Part shown: positions 11,897 through 23,797 of the stretch, in pieces | Layout: each line of letters begins with the position of its first letter | Position numbering within the stretch: position 1 is the first letter of the stretch | Notes under the pieces: generated by a model | Told to the model about the DNA's origin: nothing | Databases searched by the model: none | What the model saw: only the letters and a program-made list of their open reading frames with translations | Translations under genes and position numbers: made by a program | Assembly: GCA_025558095.1 (NCBI GenBank) | Contig: JAIVFI010000021.1 | Span: 186,001-250,000 of the forward strand | From: Hyaloraphidium curvatum SAG 235-1 | Lineage: Eukaryota > Fungi > Monoblepharomycota | Direction: 5' to 3' | DNA: 64,000 bases

Positions 11897-13158
11897 TCAG
11901 GAACTGATCAGGTCGCGCAAAACACCCACATATTTCTCGAAGGTCGCCGAGTGGTTGATCCGCCTCTGGATGAGGATGCGCCGCGCGGTGTCCTTGGTGT
12001 TCCACGCCTTGAGGTTCTCCGCCGACGCCGCGATCGCCGCCTTGGCCTCGGGGCTGAGCTCCTTGGCCCTGAGCTCCGGCAGCGGGTGCATCGGTCGGTC
12101 GGGATCCGGAGAAAGGAAGCACGGGATGCTGATCCGCCGTTTAGGCGCCTTGTTTGCGTTGACCCGGTGCATCGTTGCCAGCAGGTAGCCGGAGGTGACG
12201 TTCATCAGCGGCATGCCGACGTTGACGATCACATGGCCCGGCAAGGGCGGCGCGGCGATCCATTTCCCAGAGTGGTTCAGCACCTCGAGCCCGTCCGAGT
12301 CATTGATCAGCACGGTGAGGAAGGCCGTGGCATCCCTGTGTGCGTTGAGAGACAGCGGGGAGCCGTCGTCGGCGGCGCGGGGAAGGAGCGCCTTCCTCTC
12401 CTCGCTGGCCTCTTCGAGCGGGGTGTAGTGCAGGATGCGAACGCTGGCGAACCCGCGCCGCTCGCCAGCGGGGCCCCAGAACCAGGGATCGAAGGCGGTT
12501 TCGGGCAGTCCCAGCATCTCGGCCGTCAGGTGCTGCAGAGTCTTGTTGAGCCGATCGCACGATGCCAGGTGGGCTTCGAAGGCTTCTTTGAAATCTGGAA
12601 GGTCCGGCCACACATTCGGGCCATAAAGCACACGACGATGGAGTGGAATCCGCTCGTCGTGTGGCGGCTGCTCGGGATGGTCATAGCTGTAGTGGAACTC
12701 CTGCAGCAGCTCGGTCTTCTTTGGCGGCTGCAGGACACGATTTTTCAGAACACGGACGCTGCCAAGCAGTCGAACCCACCTGGTAGCCGAAGAAGTTCCG
12801 GTTCTCCTCGAACTTGAGCAGCCTCTCGTAGGGCAAGTCGTAAACTGGTGGCCGAGCTCAAACAGCCTCTGCTGCGTAGCGTCGTCGACTGCGCGAAACC
12901 GGTCAATGGCGTCCGTGGGAGACGACAAGACCACCGACATCCTTCCGCGTTCTTGACGTAACAAAACCCCACGTCTGCCAAAGCGTGCCTGAGGTCCGCT
13001 ATAAGGCCCTTCCGATCGGTCTTCAACTTCGCCAGGTCGACGATGGGGATGGTCGTGAAGTCCTGAACAGGAGCAACTTCAGGGGCGGCTCCCGACCAAA
13101 AGCACGCGGTGGCCACCACCTTCCGACCCGCCCCGTCGCCAGTGCTCGACGATGCCAT
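11897..13158 (-). CDS. 2-oxoglutarate/Fe(II)-dependent dioxygenase (isopenicillin N synthase-like; DIOX_N + 2OG-FeII_Oxy); apparent 1-nt frameshift at ~12843
   Basis: IPIVDL...ALADVGFCYVKN, HRD (HxD), HRV and RISIP motifs; introns ~12891-12938 and 12728-12779. Confidence 0.88.
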
Positions 13159-13283
13159 GACAGCTTGAGGCTGCTTTGTCCTTCGGGAGTATTCACCTCC
13201 GTTCGGAGGTCCGGAGTTGTCGGCGGAAGCAGCGCAGCGTTTCTGAGAATCGCGCGCAATCAATCGCGCCGTTCAGGCCCGCG

Positions 13284-15234
13284 ATGGAGGCCTTCGGCAG
13301 CCTCTCGCCGACTAATAGACCAGTTCTTCTCGATTCAGAGACGCTCCTTGCCACGCAGTCAAACGTTGGGCTCTACCAGGGGTGGGAAGCGGTCGTGGAG
13401 CCTCGGTATCGACTTTCCCGCCTCACTCCCTGGCGACAAACAGGAAGCAGCGAGACGTGGAGCACGATACAGGCATCGCGTATTGCACCTCACACCGCAT
13501 CATCTGGATCGATGAGCAGCGGCCAAAGGACAACTCGCTGCAGCTGCCGCTGGATCGCGTGTCGGCCATCGAGCCCATCGTCGGTATTCCGGACGCGTTT
13601 GCTGGTCCCGGACGCGTCTGACTTTGGTTTCCGGTTGTCTTGGGCGCGCAGCAAGGGCTCTTCAAGTCCTCGCCCAAACTCCGCCTCATGGTGCAGGCCC
13701 GCTCAGCCGTTCTGGCGCCACAGCAGTCGCGCCTTGCCTCTCCCACCTCCCCCACCTTGCCAATCGTCAAGCCAGCCGTCCCCTCCTGGAAATGTTCCAT
13801 CTGCTCCCACCTCAATCCCCCCACTGCCGCCAGCAAGTGCGAGCTGTGCGGGGTGCCGCGGAGCGCGTCTGCGTCCGCGGAACTGTTCCTCGCGTGCCCG
13901 GCCTGCACGTTCCTGAATCGCGTTGTTGCGGGCACCGCACGTGCCTGCGAAGTGTGCGGGACGCAGCTTCCCGTCGTGCCGAACGCGCCAGGACGACCCG
14001 AGCCCGGGCCCCCGGCTACTCCGGCGGAAGTGTCATGCCCGGCCTGCACTTTCGTGAATCCTGCCTCGGCGGACAAGTGCGACATGTGCGGGACGAAGCT
14101 GGCCAAAGCGACGGCTGCCCCGCCGCCGCAGTTGGTCTCTGAAGGGGATAATTCGCCGCGCCGGTCGTGGTCGAGCAGCTCGCTGCCGGCAGCAGCACCT
14201 GACGGTCCTTCCGGTGCGACCGAAACCGTGGAGATCAAGCTTTCCTTCCGCGGGGGCGGTCAGGCGGCATTTTTGGACAAGCTACGGCAGGCCATGTCAG
14301 GCCGAGCCTGGGAGAAGAAGCTGCCGCCGACCCCGCCGGCACCGGGGTCGAGCAAATCCGCTCCCCTGCCCCAGAAACCCGAGCCGCCTTCCGCGGGCAT
14401 TTCCGGCATCATCCGGACAATGGACAGGCAGCAGTTTGAAACCACGGCGACGATGGACCGCGCCTTCCGAGATCTTGACGCTCTCATGAGGGAGGCCGGG
14501 GAGATGGTCAAGCTGGCGGAGCAGATTTCGTCCAAGCTGTCGCGCGACGAGGCGAATTCGGACAGCAAGGAAGCTATCGCCTTCCGTTCGTACCTCGCCG
14601 AGCTCGGCATCTCGAATCCCGTCACCAGGTGAGGCCGGGCCGCCCCAAATGGTTTACCTATCTTGATCGCCTTGGATTTGCAGGGAATCGGCGGGCGACA
14701 TCTTCCACCAGGAACTGGCCAAGCAGCTCGCCGATTTCCTCGTTCCCGTGCTCACTTCCCCGACGTCCCCGGGGATGATGTCCCTGGTGGACGCCTACAC
14801 GCTCTTCAACCGCGCCCGGGGCGTCGCCCTCATCTCCCCCGACGACATGCGACGCTCGGCGTCTCTCTTCGAGAAGCTTGGGCTGCCGCTGCGGCTGCGT
14901 ACCTTCCCGAAATCGGGGCTGGTGGTGGTGGAGAGCGAGGATGTGAGCGAGGAGAGGATCAGCGAGAGGGTCTGGAGCCTGGCGAGCTCCAAGGCGAAAG
15001 GCCTCACGGCTTTCGGCGTGGCGGGGACGCTGGGCACCAGTGTTGCCCTGGCGGGCGAGTGGCTTCTGGTGCGTGCCGTCTGGAACGATTTTGGTGTGTG
15101 GCTGACAGTCGCGGCAACGGCAGATGACCGAGGCGCGCGGTCTGATCTGCAGGGACGAGACGGTGGAGGGCTTGCGGTTCCACGACAATCTAATCAAATT
15201 CTTCGAGATGCCGCAAGACTACCGGGTGGCGTGA
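13284..15234 (+). CDS. VPS36: ESCRT-II subunit Vps36 (split GLUE domain, NZF zinc fingers, EAP30 winged helix)
   Basis: GLUE motifs ([26 protein letters not shown]), [42 protein letters not shown]; four introns. Confidence 0.93.
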
Positions 15235-15275
15235 AGCCCGGCTATGTACAGCAATACCAGAGATACCCCCGAACC

Positions 15276-16506
15276 TCAGTGCCCGTTGGCCTGGCCGGTC
15301 TTGGACAGTTTCTCCTTGAGGAGGCCGCGGAGCTTCTCGGCATCCTGTTCCGAAAACGTGAGATCGAGCGCACGACCGGCAAACAGCGCGGCGACAGACC
15401 TTGTGGAAGTTCCGGATGCCCTCGCTCAGCTTCTCCGTGGCCATCGCGTCCTCGTTCATGTCCCAGCGGAACTTGCGTTCGTCGTCGATGTACGAGACCT
15501 TTTCGATGTCGAGCCCCTTGGCCTTGTCGGCGCTCAGCTTGGGCTCGAGCTCCTTGGCGTCGGCCGCGAGCTCGCCCAGGAGCGCGGGCGAGATGGTGAG
15601 GAAGTCGCACCCGGCGAGCTCTGTGATCTCGCCCGTGTTGCGGAACGAGGCGCCCATGACGATGGTCTTGTAGCCGTGCTTCTTGTAGTAGTTATAGATC
15701 TTCTGCACGGAGAGGACGCCGGGGTCGGCGTCGGCGGCGTAGTTCTGGCCCGTGGACTTCTTGTACCAGTCGAGGATGCGGCCGACGAACGGCGAGATCA
15801 GGGTGACCTGGGCCTCGGCGCAGGCAACGGCCTGGCAATCCGGTGCGTCAGCACAAGCCAATACACTTCAGAGACATGTTTGAAGTCACCTGAGGGAAAC
15901 CGAAGAGGAGGGTGAGGTTGCAGTGGATCCCGTGGTCCCGCTCCAGCTCCTTGGCGGCCTGGATGCCCTCCCAGGTGGAGGCGAGCTTGATGAGCACGCG
16001 CTCCTTGTCGATTCCGACCTCCTTGTACAGCGCGATGATGGACTGGGCCTTGGCAATCGACCCTTCCTTGTCGAAGGACAGCCTGTCCGAGATCGTGAGC
16101 TGGACTCGGGGACAAGCTCCATGGCGGCACCCACGCGGCGTCGACCTCGGTGGACACCCGGCCGGGGATGACCTTGAGGATCTCGGTGCCAAAGTTGACG
16201 CAGACCTTGTCGAAGGCCAGGGCGACCTGCTCCTTGATGCTGCCCCCCTTCTTGGCCGCGTACTCCACCGCGGCGTCGATCAGGTGGGCATACTGCCGGC
16301 GATGGGCGGCAAGCGAGGCGCTCGTGAGGAATGCAGCCGCGCAAGAGGGGGCCGGGAGCCACCTTGGCGTTCTGCGAAGCCTGCAGGATGAGCGACGGGT
16401 TGGTGGTCGCGTCCTGCGGCTTGTACTGCGCGATGGCCTCGAAATCGCCGGTGTCGGCCACCACGGTGGTGTACTTCTTCAGCGACTCGAGCGCCGAGAC
16501 GGTCAT
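15276..16506 (-). CDS. TAL1: Transaldolase
   Basis: [77 protein letters not shown] across five exons. Confidence 0.97.
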
Positions 16507-16672
16507 CGCGGTGTCTGGGTGGCAACTGGTGTTTCGGAAGTAACGGAGCCGTCGGCTGAACGGCGGAAGCACTCGTCGCGCACTCGCGCGCGCGGGCCGT
16601 GTGCCCATCACGATCGGCGGTGCGCAAAACCGGCCAGCCGCGCGGCTCCCGCGGCGGGCGAAAGCGCCTGCG

Positions 16673-17170
16673 ATGGCGATGGCTGCGTCGCGGGCGCCGC
16701 CGGGCGCGCTCTCCGCGGCGGCGTGGGCCGTTCGGACGAGTCCCCCGCGTCCCCCGAACGCCCCCCAGCGCCGCACCGCCTTCGTGGTGCCGATGGCCGA
16801 CCTGCCGCTTTACTCGCCCAACTCGCACCGGCCCCGGAACACCGCCGGCCCGCGCGCGCAGGTGCCGCGGCCCGCGCCGGCGCAGAAGGCCCAGGCGCAG
16901 CCGCGCCTCCTGGAGAGCATCCCCGCCTTCGTGGCGCGAACGGAGAAACGCAATGCGGCCGCCGAGGAGCACGCCAGGATTCCCCTCTTGTTCCACTGCT
17001 CGACGCTGCTTTTCCTCCTGCTCGGCGTGGCACGCCGCGAAGCGAGCTCCCGAACCGCCGTGCCAGTGGAGGTGGTAACTGCTACAGCGGTTGCGGCCGT
17101 CGCTCCTGTCATTCCGGCGGTTCCTTGTGCGGCAGAGCGTGCTGATTGCCCAGCAGAACCGGGAAACTAG
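16673..17170 (+). CDS. Hypothetical small protein with a hydrophobic segment
   Basis: ORF divergent from TAL1; [17 protein letters not shown] segment; weak support. Confidence 0.3.
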   Translation: MAMAASRAPPGALSAAAWAVRTSPPRPPNAPQRRTAFVVPMADLPLYSPNSHRPRNTAGPRAQVPRPAPAQKAQAQPRLLESIPAFVARTEKRNAAAEEHARIPLLFHCSTLLFLLLGVARREASSRTAVPVEVVTATAVAAVAPVIPAVPCAAERADCPAEPGN

Positions 17171-17780
17171 TGTGCCGCGCTTCGGAAACGAACGGGAAAC
17201 CGTGGACACTTCTTGGACTCGAACCCTTGAATCCCAATACCTCCATACTCTCCACTGTCAATCTCTCCTTGCCTTGGAAGCTCTCTCGAATCTACGCATC
17301 ACTGTAATCTTCATCTGACTTGACTGGAATTGGCTTCGGGGCCCGTGCGGCGCGCACGCGGACTGAACTTGGGATGGCGACCCGTGGCGACGGACTTGGA
17401 TTGACACTGCGTTAGGGAGCGAGCTTGGCGTAGTCGTTGATGAAGATCGCTCACAGCCGCTCGGAAGGAACATGTAGGCGGTGAAGATTATTCAAAAGGC
17501 CCCTTTCGTATCATCGGATGGTAGCTCATCCACATGCGCTGCTTTTTTGCGTGCGATAGGGCCCGAGCTGGATGGTTTTTTCGTGTTCTTGTTGTGATTG
17601 GGATTCCTGGGGACACCGACATTGCGGACCTCAAATGACATTGCTCAATCCGCTGTCAAGTTCTTCTCAAACCATGTGGAGGGTGCCGCTGTGGAATTTG
17701 CCCAAGAACATGTATAAAGTTGGGCTGCTTGTGGGTTAGCTCGCGTTCTTTCCCGTTTTCCCTGACGCTGAGTTGGCGCA

Positions 17781-19069
17781 GTGAGACGCCTAGCCGAGCG
17801 AGACTCCCCCTCCAGCGGCGCGATCCCGATGTTCAAGCTGCCTTGGATGCCCGGCTTCAAGGAAGGCTTCGAGCAGTTCAGTTCGTGCCGCTCGGGCACG
17901 ACGTTCCACAGCGCTGATATTTCGACCAGGGACCGCCGCCAGGGAAGCCGGGCGGCGAGGACAACGACTTCCGGATCAAGTTCGGCGAGTCGCTCTACCT
18001 CAGCTGCTCGACCACAATCGGGGTCTTTAGCCGCAAGGCCGCCCCCTGCGTGTTTGCCGACAAGGCGCAGGGACCATGTTCATGAGTGCGCCCGAGCCCA
18101 GCGGGAAGCAGTCATTCCGCGCCGGCAAATACTGCCTCGCGGTCGACCGCAAGTCCAACGTCGTACTCACGCCGTGCTTCGTCGACCAGCCCAACGGTGT
18201 GTGGATCTACGACGGCGTCACAGGCCAGCTCTCCTCCAAGGGCTCGGGCGTGGCACGGGCGTCCGATCCCCGCACCGAGATCACGAGGGCCGACGTTGAG
18301 TATGCGTCGCTCGCCAGCGACGGCAAGTGCATCACGGTCACCAAGAGCAAGAAGGTCAGGGTGATGCGCTCCAACGTCGATTCAATCGCGAGCATGAAAG
18401 TGCAGCGATTCACCATGCGGATCAATGTCGAGTCCATCAACCTCGGCGACCTCGTCACATTCCATGCTACGGGCCTCTACGAGCACTCGTACATCGCCGC
18501 GGATCCTGCGGACGGCAGCGTCGCCCTCAAACCCGGCGACCTGGACGTGCAGCAAGCTGACAACCTCGCCGCCTTCAAGGTCGTCGAGCAGCTGTGCGGG
18601 GCCAACTACCACTCCACCCTCGAGAGCGTGGCAAAGCCGGGCTTCTACCTCTCGAGCGTGCCCGGAAAGCAGCCCGGGCTCGTGCTCACGGACAAGCCGG
18701 CGAACAAGAACCACGCGTGCTGGCTGCCGACGCCGGGCCCGGCGAGGCCCAAGTACGCATCGGGCTGCCCGGGCATCATCTTCGGGCTGCGGTCGCGCGG
18801 GGTGGAGGGCACCTTCCTGCGGGCGACGGAAAAGGGGCAACCTGATGCTCTCAGGCGCACCGAACGAGTTCATGCTCTCGTGCTGGCGGCCGGTCCCGCC
18901 GCTGGGGGCGCCGTCGGCGGCGAACCCGTTCCCCGATGCCGGGGGCGAGCCGGAGGACAGCCCCGTCGGCGGGATGCAGGAGGAGGACATTGCGTCGGCT
19001 GGCATGGAGGACGAAGAGGAGTCCGGGGAGTTTGGCTCGCGGTGCCTCGATCCGCGCCGGAAGCTTTAG
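17781..19069 (+). CDS. Beta-trefoil lectin-like protein (ricin-B-like plus AbfB/CBM42-like domains); 5' end uncertain, frameshift at ~18835
   Basis: YCLAVDRKSNVVLTPC...VWIYDG.TGQL (ricin-like); SYI...AAFKVVEQL...STLESVAKPGFYL (AbfB-like); C-terminus continues in a shifted frame (GNLMLSGAPNEFMLSCWRP). Confidence 0.55.
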
Positions 19070-19651
19070 GACTTTAGGACGAGTTTGTGCAAACATTTGG
19101 TTTTGGCATAGGATTGGTCATCTCGTTTGATTGAAACATGGACGCTTGCGGTGGCTCGGCCGGCGTTTTGGCGCTCGCGGTGAGCGGCGGACGCTGCGGA
19201 GCCACGACGACTCGGCGGCGGCGCTCGGCGGTCGACTACCCCCGTCGCGTGCGCATCAGACGCGTCGGTGGCGAAGAAGGGGATTTCCGCAGCCCAAGGC
19301 CCTTGAAATGACGTGGTGCCGCAGCAAGCTTTTGGGAACGGATTGGGGTGTTTTGCGTGTGGAGGCTGAGGAGGGTCCCGGTCTGCCGCACCGCACCGCC
19401 GCCGCTTGACAGCAAGTGGCCGTAACCGTCTCTGAAACGGCAAACAGCCGGATCTGAAACTCCGCAGCGGGCTCCGCTGCCCGAAGCCGAACCTCGCTCC
19501 GCCGGAGACCAGCTTCGGCACAGCCCATGGGGACGGGCGTCAGCGCCATCCCCCGATGACTCCGCGACCGCCGGGCCGCAGCGACGCCCGGGGACTGCCC
19601 ATCGCGGCCTCCGCCGGCGTCGGCGCACTCTCACGCGCGAGACCTGGCGCG

Positions 19652-21741
19652 ATGCGGGGCTGCCGGGCCTCCGAGGGCCGCCAGACCGGCGCACCGCTCC
19701 CGCGCGGCCGCCATGGACTCCCGGCACCCCCGCCGGCGCCGCGTCGCTCGCGCGTCGCCGCATCCGCCGCCGCTCTTTCTCTGCTCTTAGGACTCGCGAT
19801 CGCGGTGCTTGCTCGTGCCGTCGGTGCCCAGGTGGCCCCAGGGCGCCCGGCCGGTCTCATCGCCTCCAAGCTGGCCGTCGAACGCAGCTCCAACATGTCG
19901 GCCATCGCCCAAACCCTGCACGGCAACGTGCCTCTTCTGATCCCTCTCGAGCCGGATCCGGCCGCCACCGCCACCCGCCGCGCGGCCGTCGCGCCGAACG
20001 CCATTGCCTCGAAGTTGCCGCAACGCACGACCACCAGGCGCGGCGGCGTGGTACGGATCGCCAACGGGCGCCGGTGCTCGGTCAACAGCCAGTGCTTTTC
20101 CCGGTGCTGCACGAGGCAAAGGTCGACCGACGGCCTGCTGCGGTGCCAGCCGGTGGCCGCGTGCGCCGTCAAGAAGACCACCACCAGGAAGGCCGTGCGC
20201 AAGACGACCAAGCGCGTTCGGATCACGACCAAGCGCGTCCGAATCACGACCCAGCGCCCAGCAGCAGCCGTAAAACCGGAGTGGGAACAGTGCGAAGCGT
20301 CGACCGAATGCGCCTCGGGTTGTTGCTCGGTGCAATGGTCCAACGACGGGGTGTTTAAGTGCCACCCCGTGGGCTCGACGGGCTGCGTCGCCCGGGTGAC
20401 GCGGCCGACGACCACCAAGCAAACGGGATCTGCCCCCACGAGCGACCTCCTGGACCTATGGATCCCGTGCTACGCTGCCTCCGACTGCCAGTCGAACTGC
20501 TGTTCCGTCGTGTACTCGAGCGACGGCATCTGGAAGTGCCACCACTCCGCCGTCTGCGCCATCCCGACCACCAACACCCCACCCGCCGTGCCCACGCGGA
20601 CGGCCAAGAGCGTGGGCGGGACCGCCGAGTTCGGCGTCCACGTTTCGTGGGGCAACGAGCCGGGCGTGGTGCAGGAAGCCGACGGCAGCCTCGCTGCGAT
20701 CGCCGCCAGGATCGGCCGCACCCCCTCCTTCGTCGGCGATTTCTTCTCCTTCGGGACGAGCGACGTGCCCAACGGCCTCGGAACGCAGTGGATCGTCGAC
20801 CACGCCACTCTCACCCGGCCGGTGCCCAACGGGTTCCTCATCACGCTGATGCCGTGGGACGGCCTCGCGTCCATCACCGACGCCCACCTTGCCGAGCTGC
20901 AGCGGGCCATCCGACTGGTTTTCGCGGCGGGAGTGAGGATCGTGCAGGTCAGATTCGCGCCTGGTACGTCAGCTGAACACTTTCACCTTGGCGAGGAGAT
21001 TGATTGCCTTCTTCTCAGAGATGAACGGGAACTGGTACCCGGCCTGGAGCATGCAGCCTGAACGCTACCGAGGTATGCTTGGCAGGCCGCTGATCGTCGA
21101 GAAGATTCTGACTTCGGTGCTTTAGCTACCTTCATCCGGGTGGCGAAGGCCGTTCAGGCCGCAGGAGCTCTGTCGGTTTGGGCACCAAATGTCCTCGGTA
21201 TGTCCTGTGCCTGATACGGCCGATTCATTCAATTGACTCCATTTTGGCAGACTGCTGGCGGTCGAGCGACGACCCGTACGGTCCCTACTTCCCGGCCGAA
21301 GATCCGTCCTCGGTGGACATCGTCGGCCTCTCCTTCTACCACATCGACAACACCTACAACGGCACCAACGACGTGCCGCCCCCCGACAAGCTCGTGCGCA
21401 CCCTCACGGGCTGGAACCTCCGCACGCGGATCCACTGGCCCAACTGCGACTACGTCGGGCGGTTCGCGGACCGGTACAGCAAGCCGTTCCACCTCACCGA
21501 GACCGGCGCGATCTACCGGCCCGGGCGCGGCGGGGCGTCGGAGCTGGACATCAAGCGCGCGTGGTGGAGGCAGCTGTACAACGGCACGGCGATCGACCTC
21601 CTCGGCATGGGGTTCGTGGGGTGGTTCGAGTTCTTCAAGTTCGAGTACGGCGAATGGCGGGATTTCCGCTTCACGTCGCCGGGAATGCTGAGGAGCTTCA
21701 TCGCTGACCTGCCTTTCGATCGCTTCCTGTTTACTGCTTGA
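19652..21741 (+). CDS. Secreted glycoside hydrolase family 26-like enzyme with three N-terminal 6-Cys repeats
   Basis: Hydrophobic signal/TM; spliced VRFAP/EMNGNWYP (acid/base Glu), DPYGPYFP, VDIVGLSFY, PFHLTETG (nucleophile), IKRAWWRQ, WFEF; introns after 20963, 21072, 21197. Confidence 0.8.
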
Positions 21742-21950
21742 GGCGAAGGACACATCATTGAGCGAGGAGTGGGACACAACATCCATACCACGGCATCATC
21801 TTGTTCGATAGACACATATGCATGTATTGGCTATATCCTAGTTGATCATCTTTGTCCTTCGAGTTCCAGTTGTGCTTTCGACCTGACGGGGTGTCGGCCG
21901 CTGGTGTGCGTGGCGCGAAGCAAAGAACCAAGCGCGTCGGAACGCTTCCG

Positions 21951-23657
21951 ATGCTGCCATTCAGCATCGGCGGACGGCGACGGCGGCTCTTTGCCACCGT
22001 CCTCGTCTCTCTCGCGGCGGGCATCGCGTTTGCGTCCCTGACGGCATGGCCATCGGACTGGTTCGGGGACAAGGACAGCGCGCTCGAGCACCGGCTGCAG
22101 CGGGAACTCCAGGCCGCCGAGGGACCGCGAAAGTGCTACGTGGCCGGCGCAGAGGATGCTGACGGGACAGTTGCGGCCGAAAAAGGAGCCCTCAAGGCAT
22201 GTCCGCCGCTGCAGGACCTGCCCAAGGGATGCCCGCTCCCTCCCGACGATTTGCGCCGGGATCTGGACCGCCAACCGGTGACTTTCTGCGGGGTTGATGG
22301 CTCCCGCACGGACATGGATCCCAAGGACCACAAGTGCCCCGTGCCGATGAGGAACGTTGCCCGGGACAGGTGCGGGCAGGCGGACATCAAATCCTGGGAG
22401 GTGCTCCGCTCGGCGTCCTATTCGCCCGGATTCAGCCTACCGTACGGATGCCCGCACCAGCTGTATGCCGCGTTCAGCGGCGAGAGCGCGGCCTACTACC
22501 CGGAGTTCGTCAACGGCAAGGAGCGGGGCGCGTACAACCTCTCGGTCAACTACCGCTTCGATTCCGACGTGCCAGTCACCTACTTTGACCCGCCGGTCTA
22601 TACACTAAGGGCTGCCCCCGAGCCCTATGCGGAGAAGAAGGCGCGGCCGGCGGTGGCGACGGCCTTCGTGTCCAACTGCGGCTCGCACAACAACCGCGAG
22701 TTCTGGCTCTCCGAAATGATCCGCCTGCTCAAGGTGGAATCGTACGGGCGCTGCCACAACAACGCGCAGATCGACAAGGACATCCAGACGCGCTTCCGGA
22801 ACGACCAGTGGCGCCTCAAGGTGGAGGTCTCGCGGCGGTACTTGTTCCAGCTCGTCTTTGAAAACAGCGACGAGCCCGACTACGTCACCGAGAAGTTGTA
22901 CCAGGCACTCGAGGCCGGCACGGTGCCGGTCTACATGGGCGCCAAGGGCCAGGCATGGCGGCACGTGCCCAACCGGACGTCGATCATCTACGTGGCCGAC
23001 TTCAAGGACCCCGAGGCGCTCGCCGCCCACATCACCAAAGTGGCCGAAAACCGGACTCTCTACGAGTCGTACCTCGAGTGGAAGAAGTACCCGTTCTCGA
23101 AGGAATGGAAGGAGCTGGAACGGATAGCGTTTGTGGGTTGGCGGTGCCGCGCGGCGCACCTGATCGCGGGGATCCCGTTCCGCTGGCGGGGCGCGTTCGA
23201 CGACCAACCCGAGGGGATATGGGATTACGGATCAGCTTGGGATTTGCGGGAGAACACAACTCTTCCGCGGACTGGCAAGTCGCCGCCGGGATCTTCCTTC
23301 AAAGATCCCTGGGAGGACGGCGCGGTCGGGTGGAAGGCGCTGCGGAGGGATGCCTGGCTCGCACGGCGGAGAGAGCAGCTGTTACGCGGGCAGTCGGTTG
23401 CGGACGTCGCTGCGTTGAACGAGGGGGAGGGGATTACCTCCCTGATCGCGGGGATCGCGACCATGGGCATGTTTGTCGGTGTTTCGGCGCTGGTGCTGGT
23501 CGGTATCGTCCTGTATAGGGCCAAGCTGCGGCGCCAGCGGTCCGAACGGATCCGGGTGCGGCGGCGCGGACGCTCAATGTCGCCGCCGATGACGCTGCCC
23601 ATCTTGATTGGTGGGCCGGACGTGGACGTACCGCCAGGGCGCCTGCCGGCGCCGTAG
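21951..23657 (+). CDS. Alpha-1,3/1,4-fucosyltransferase (GT10)
   Basis: N-terminal TM; FVSNC, SYGRC and the GT10 motif YLFQLVFENSDEPDYVTEKLYQALEAGTVPVYMG; no intron needed. Confidence 0.9.
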   Translation: MLPFSIGGRRRRLFATVLVSLAAGIAFASLTAWPSDWFGDKDSALEHRLQRELQAAEGPRKCYVAGAEDADGTVAAEKGALKACPPLQDLPKGCPLPPDDLRRDLDRQPVTFCGVDGSRTDMDPKDHKCPVPMRNVARDRCGQADIKSWEVLRSASYSPGFSLPYGCPHQLYAAFSGESAAYYPEFVNGKERGAYNLSVNYRFDSDVPVTYFDPPVYTLRAAPEPYAEKKARPAVATAFVSNCGSHNNREFWLSEMIRLLKVESYGRCHNNAQIDKDIQTRFRNDQWRLKVEVSRRYLFQLVFENSDEPDYVTEKLYQALEAGTVPVYMGAKGQAWRHVPNRTSIIYVADFKDPEALAAHITKVAENRTLYESYLEWKKYPFSKEWKELERIAFVGWRCRAAHLIAGIPFRWRGAFDDQPEGIWDYGSAWDLRENTTLPRTGKSPPGSSFKDPWEDGAVGWKALRRDAWLARRREQLLRGQSVADVAALNEGEGITSLIAGIATMGMFVGVSALVLVGIVLYRAKLRRQRSERIRVRRRGRSMSPPMTLPILIGGPDVDVPPGRLPAP

Positions 23658-23797
23658 CGATGTACAGGGTGCAATGGAATGATTGCGGAAGATTCCATTA
23701 ATTCCATGTCCAAAATCTCGGCTACTGCCTTGTGACTGCCCACCAGATGACCTAAAGAAGAAGATGGCATGATGATCAGCAGCAGATATTGAATAAT

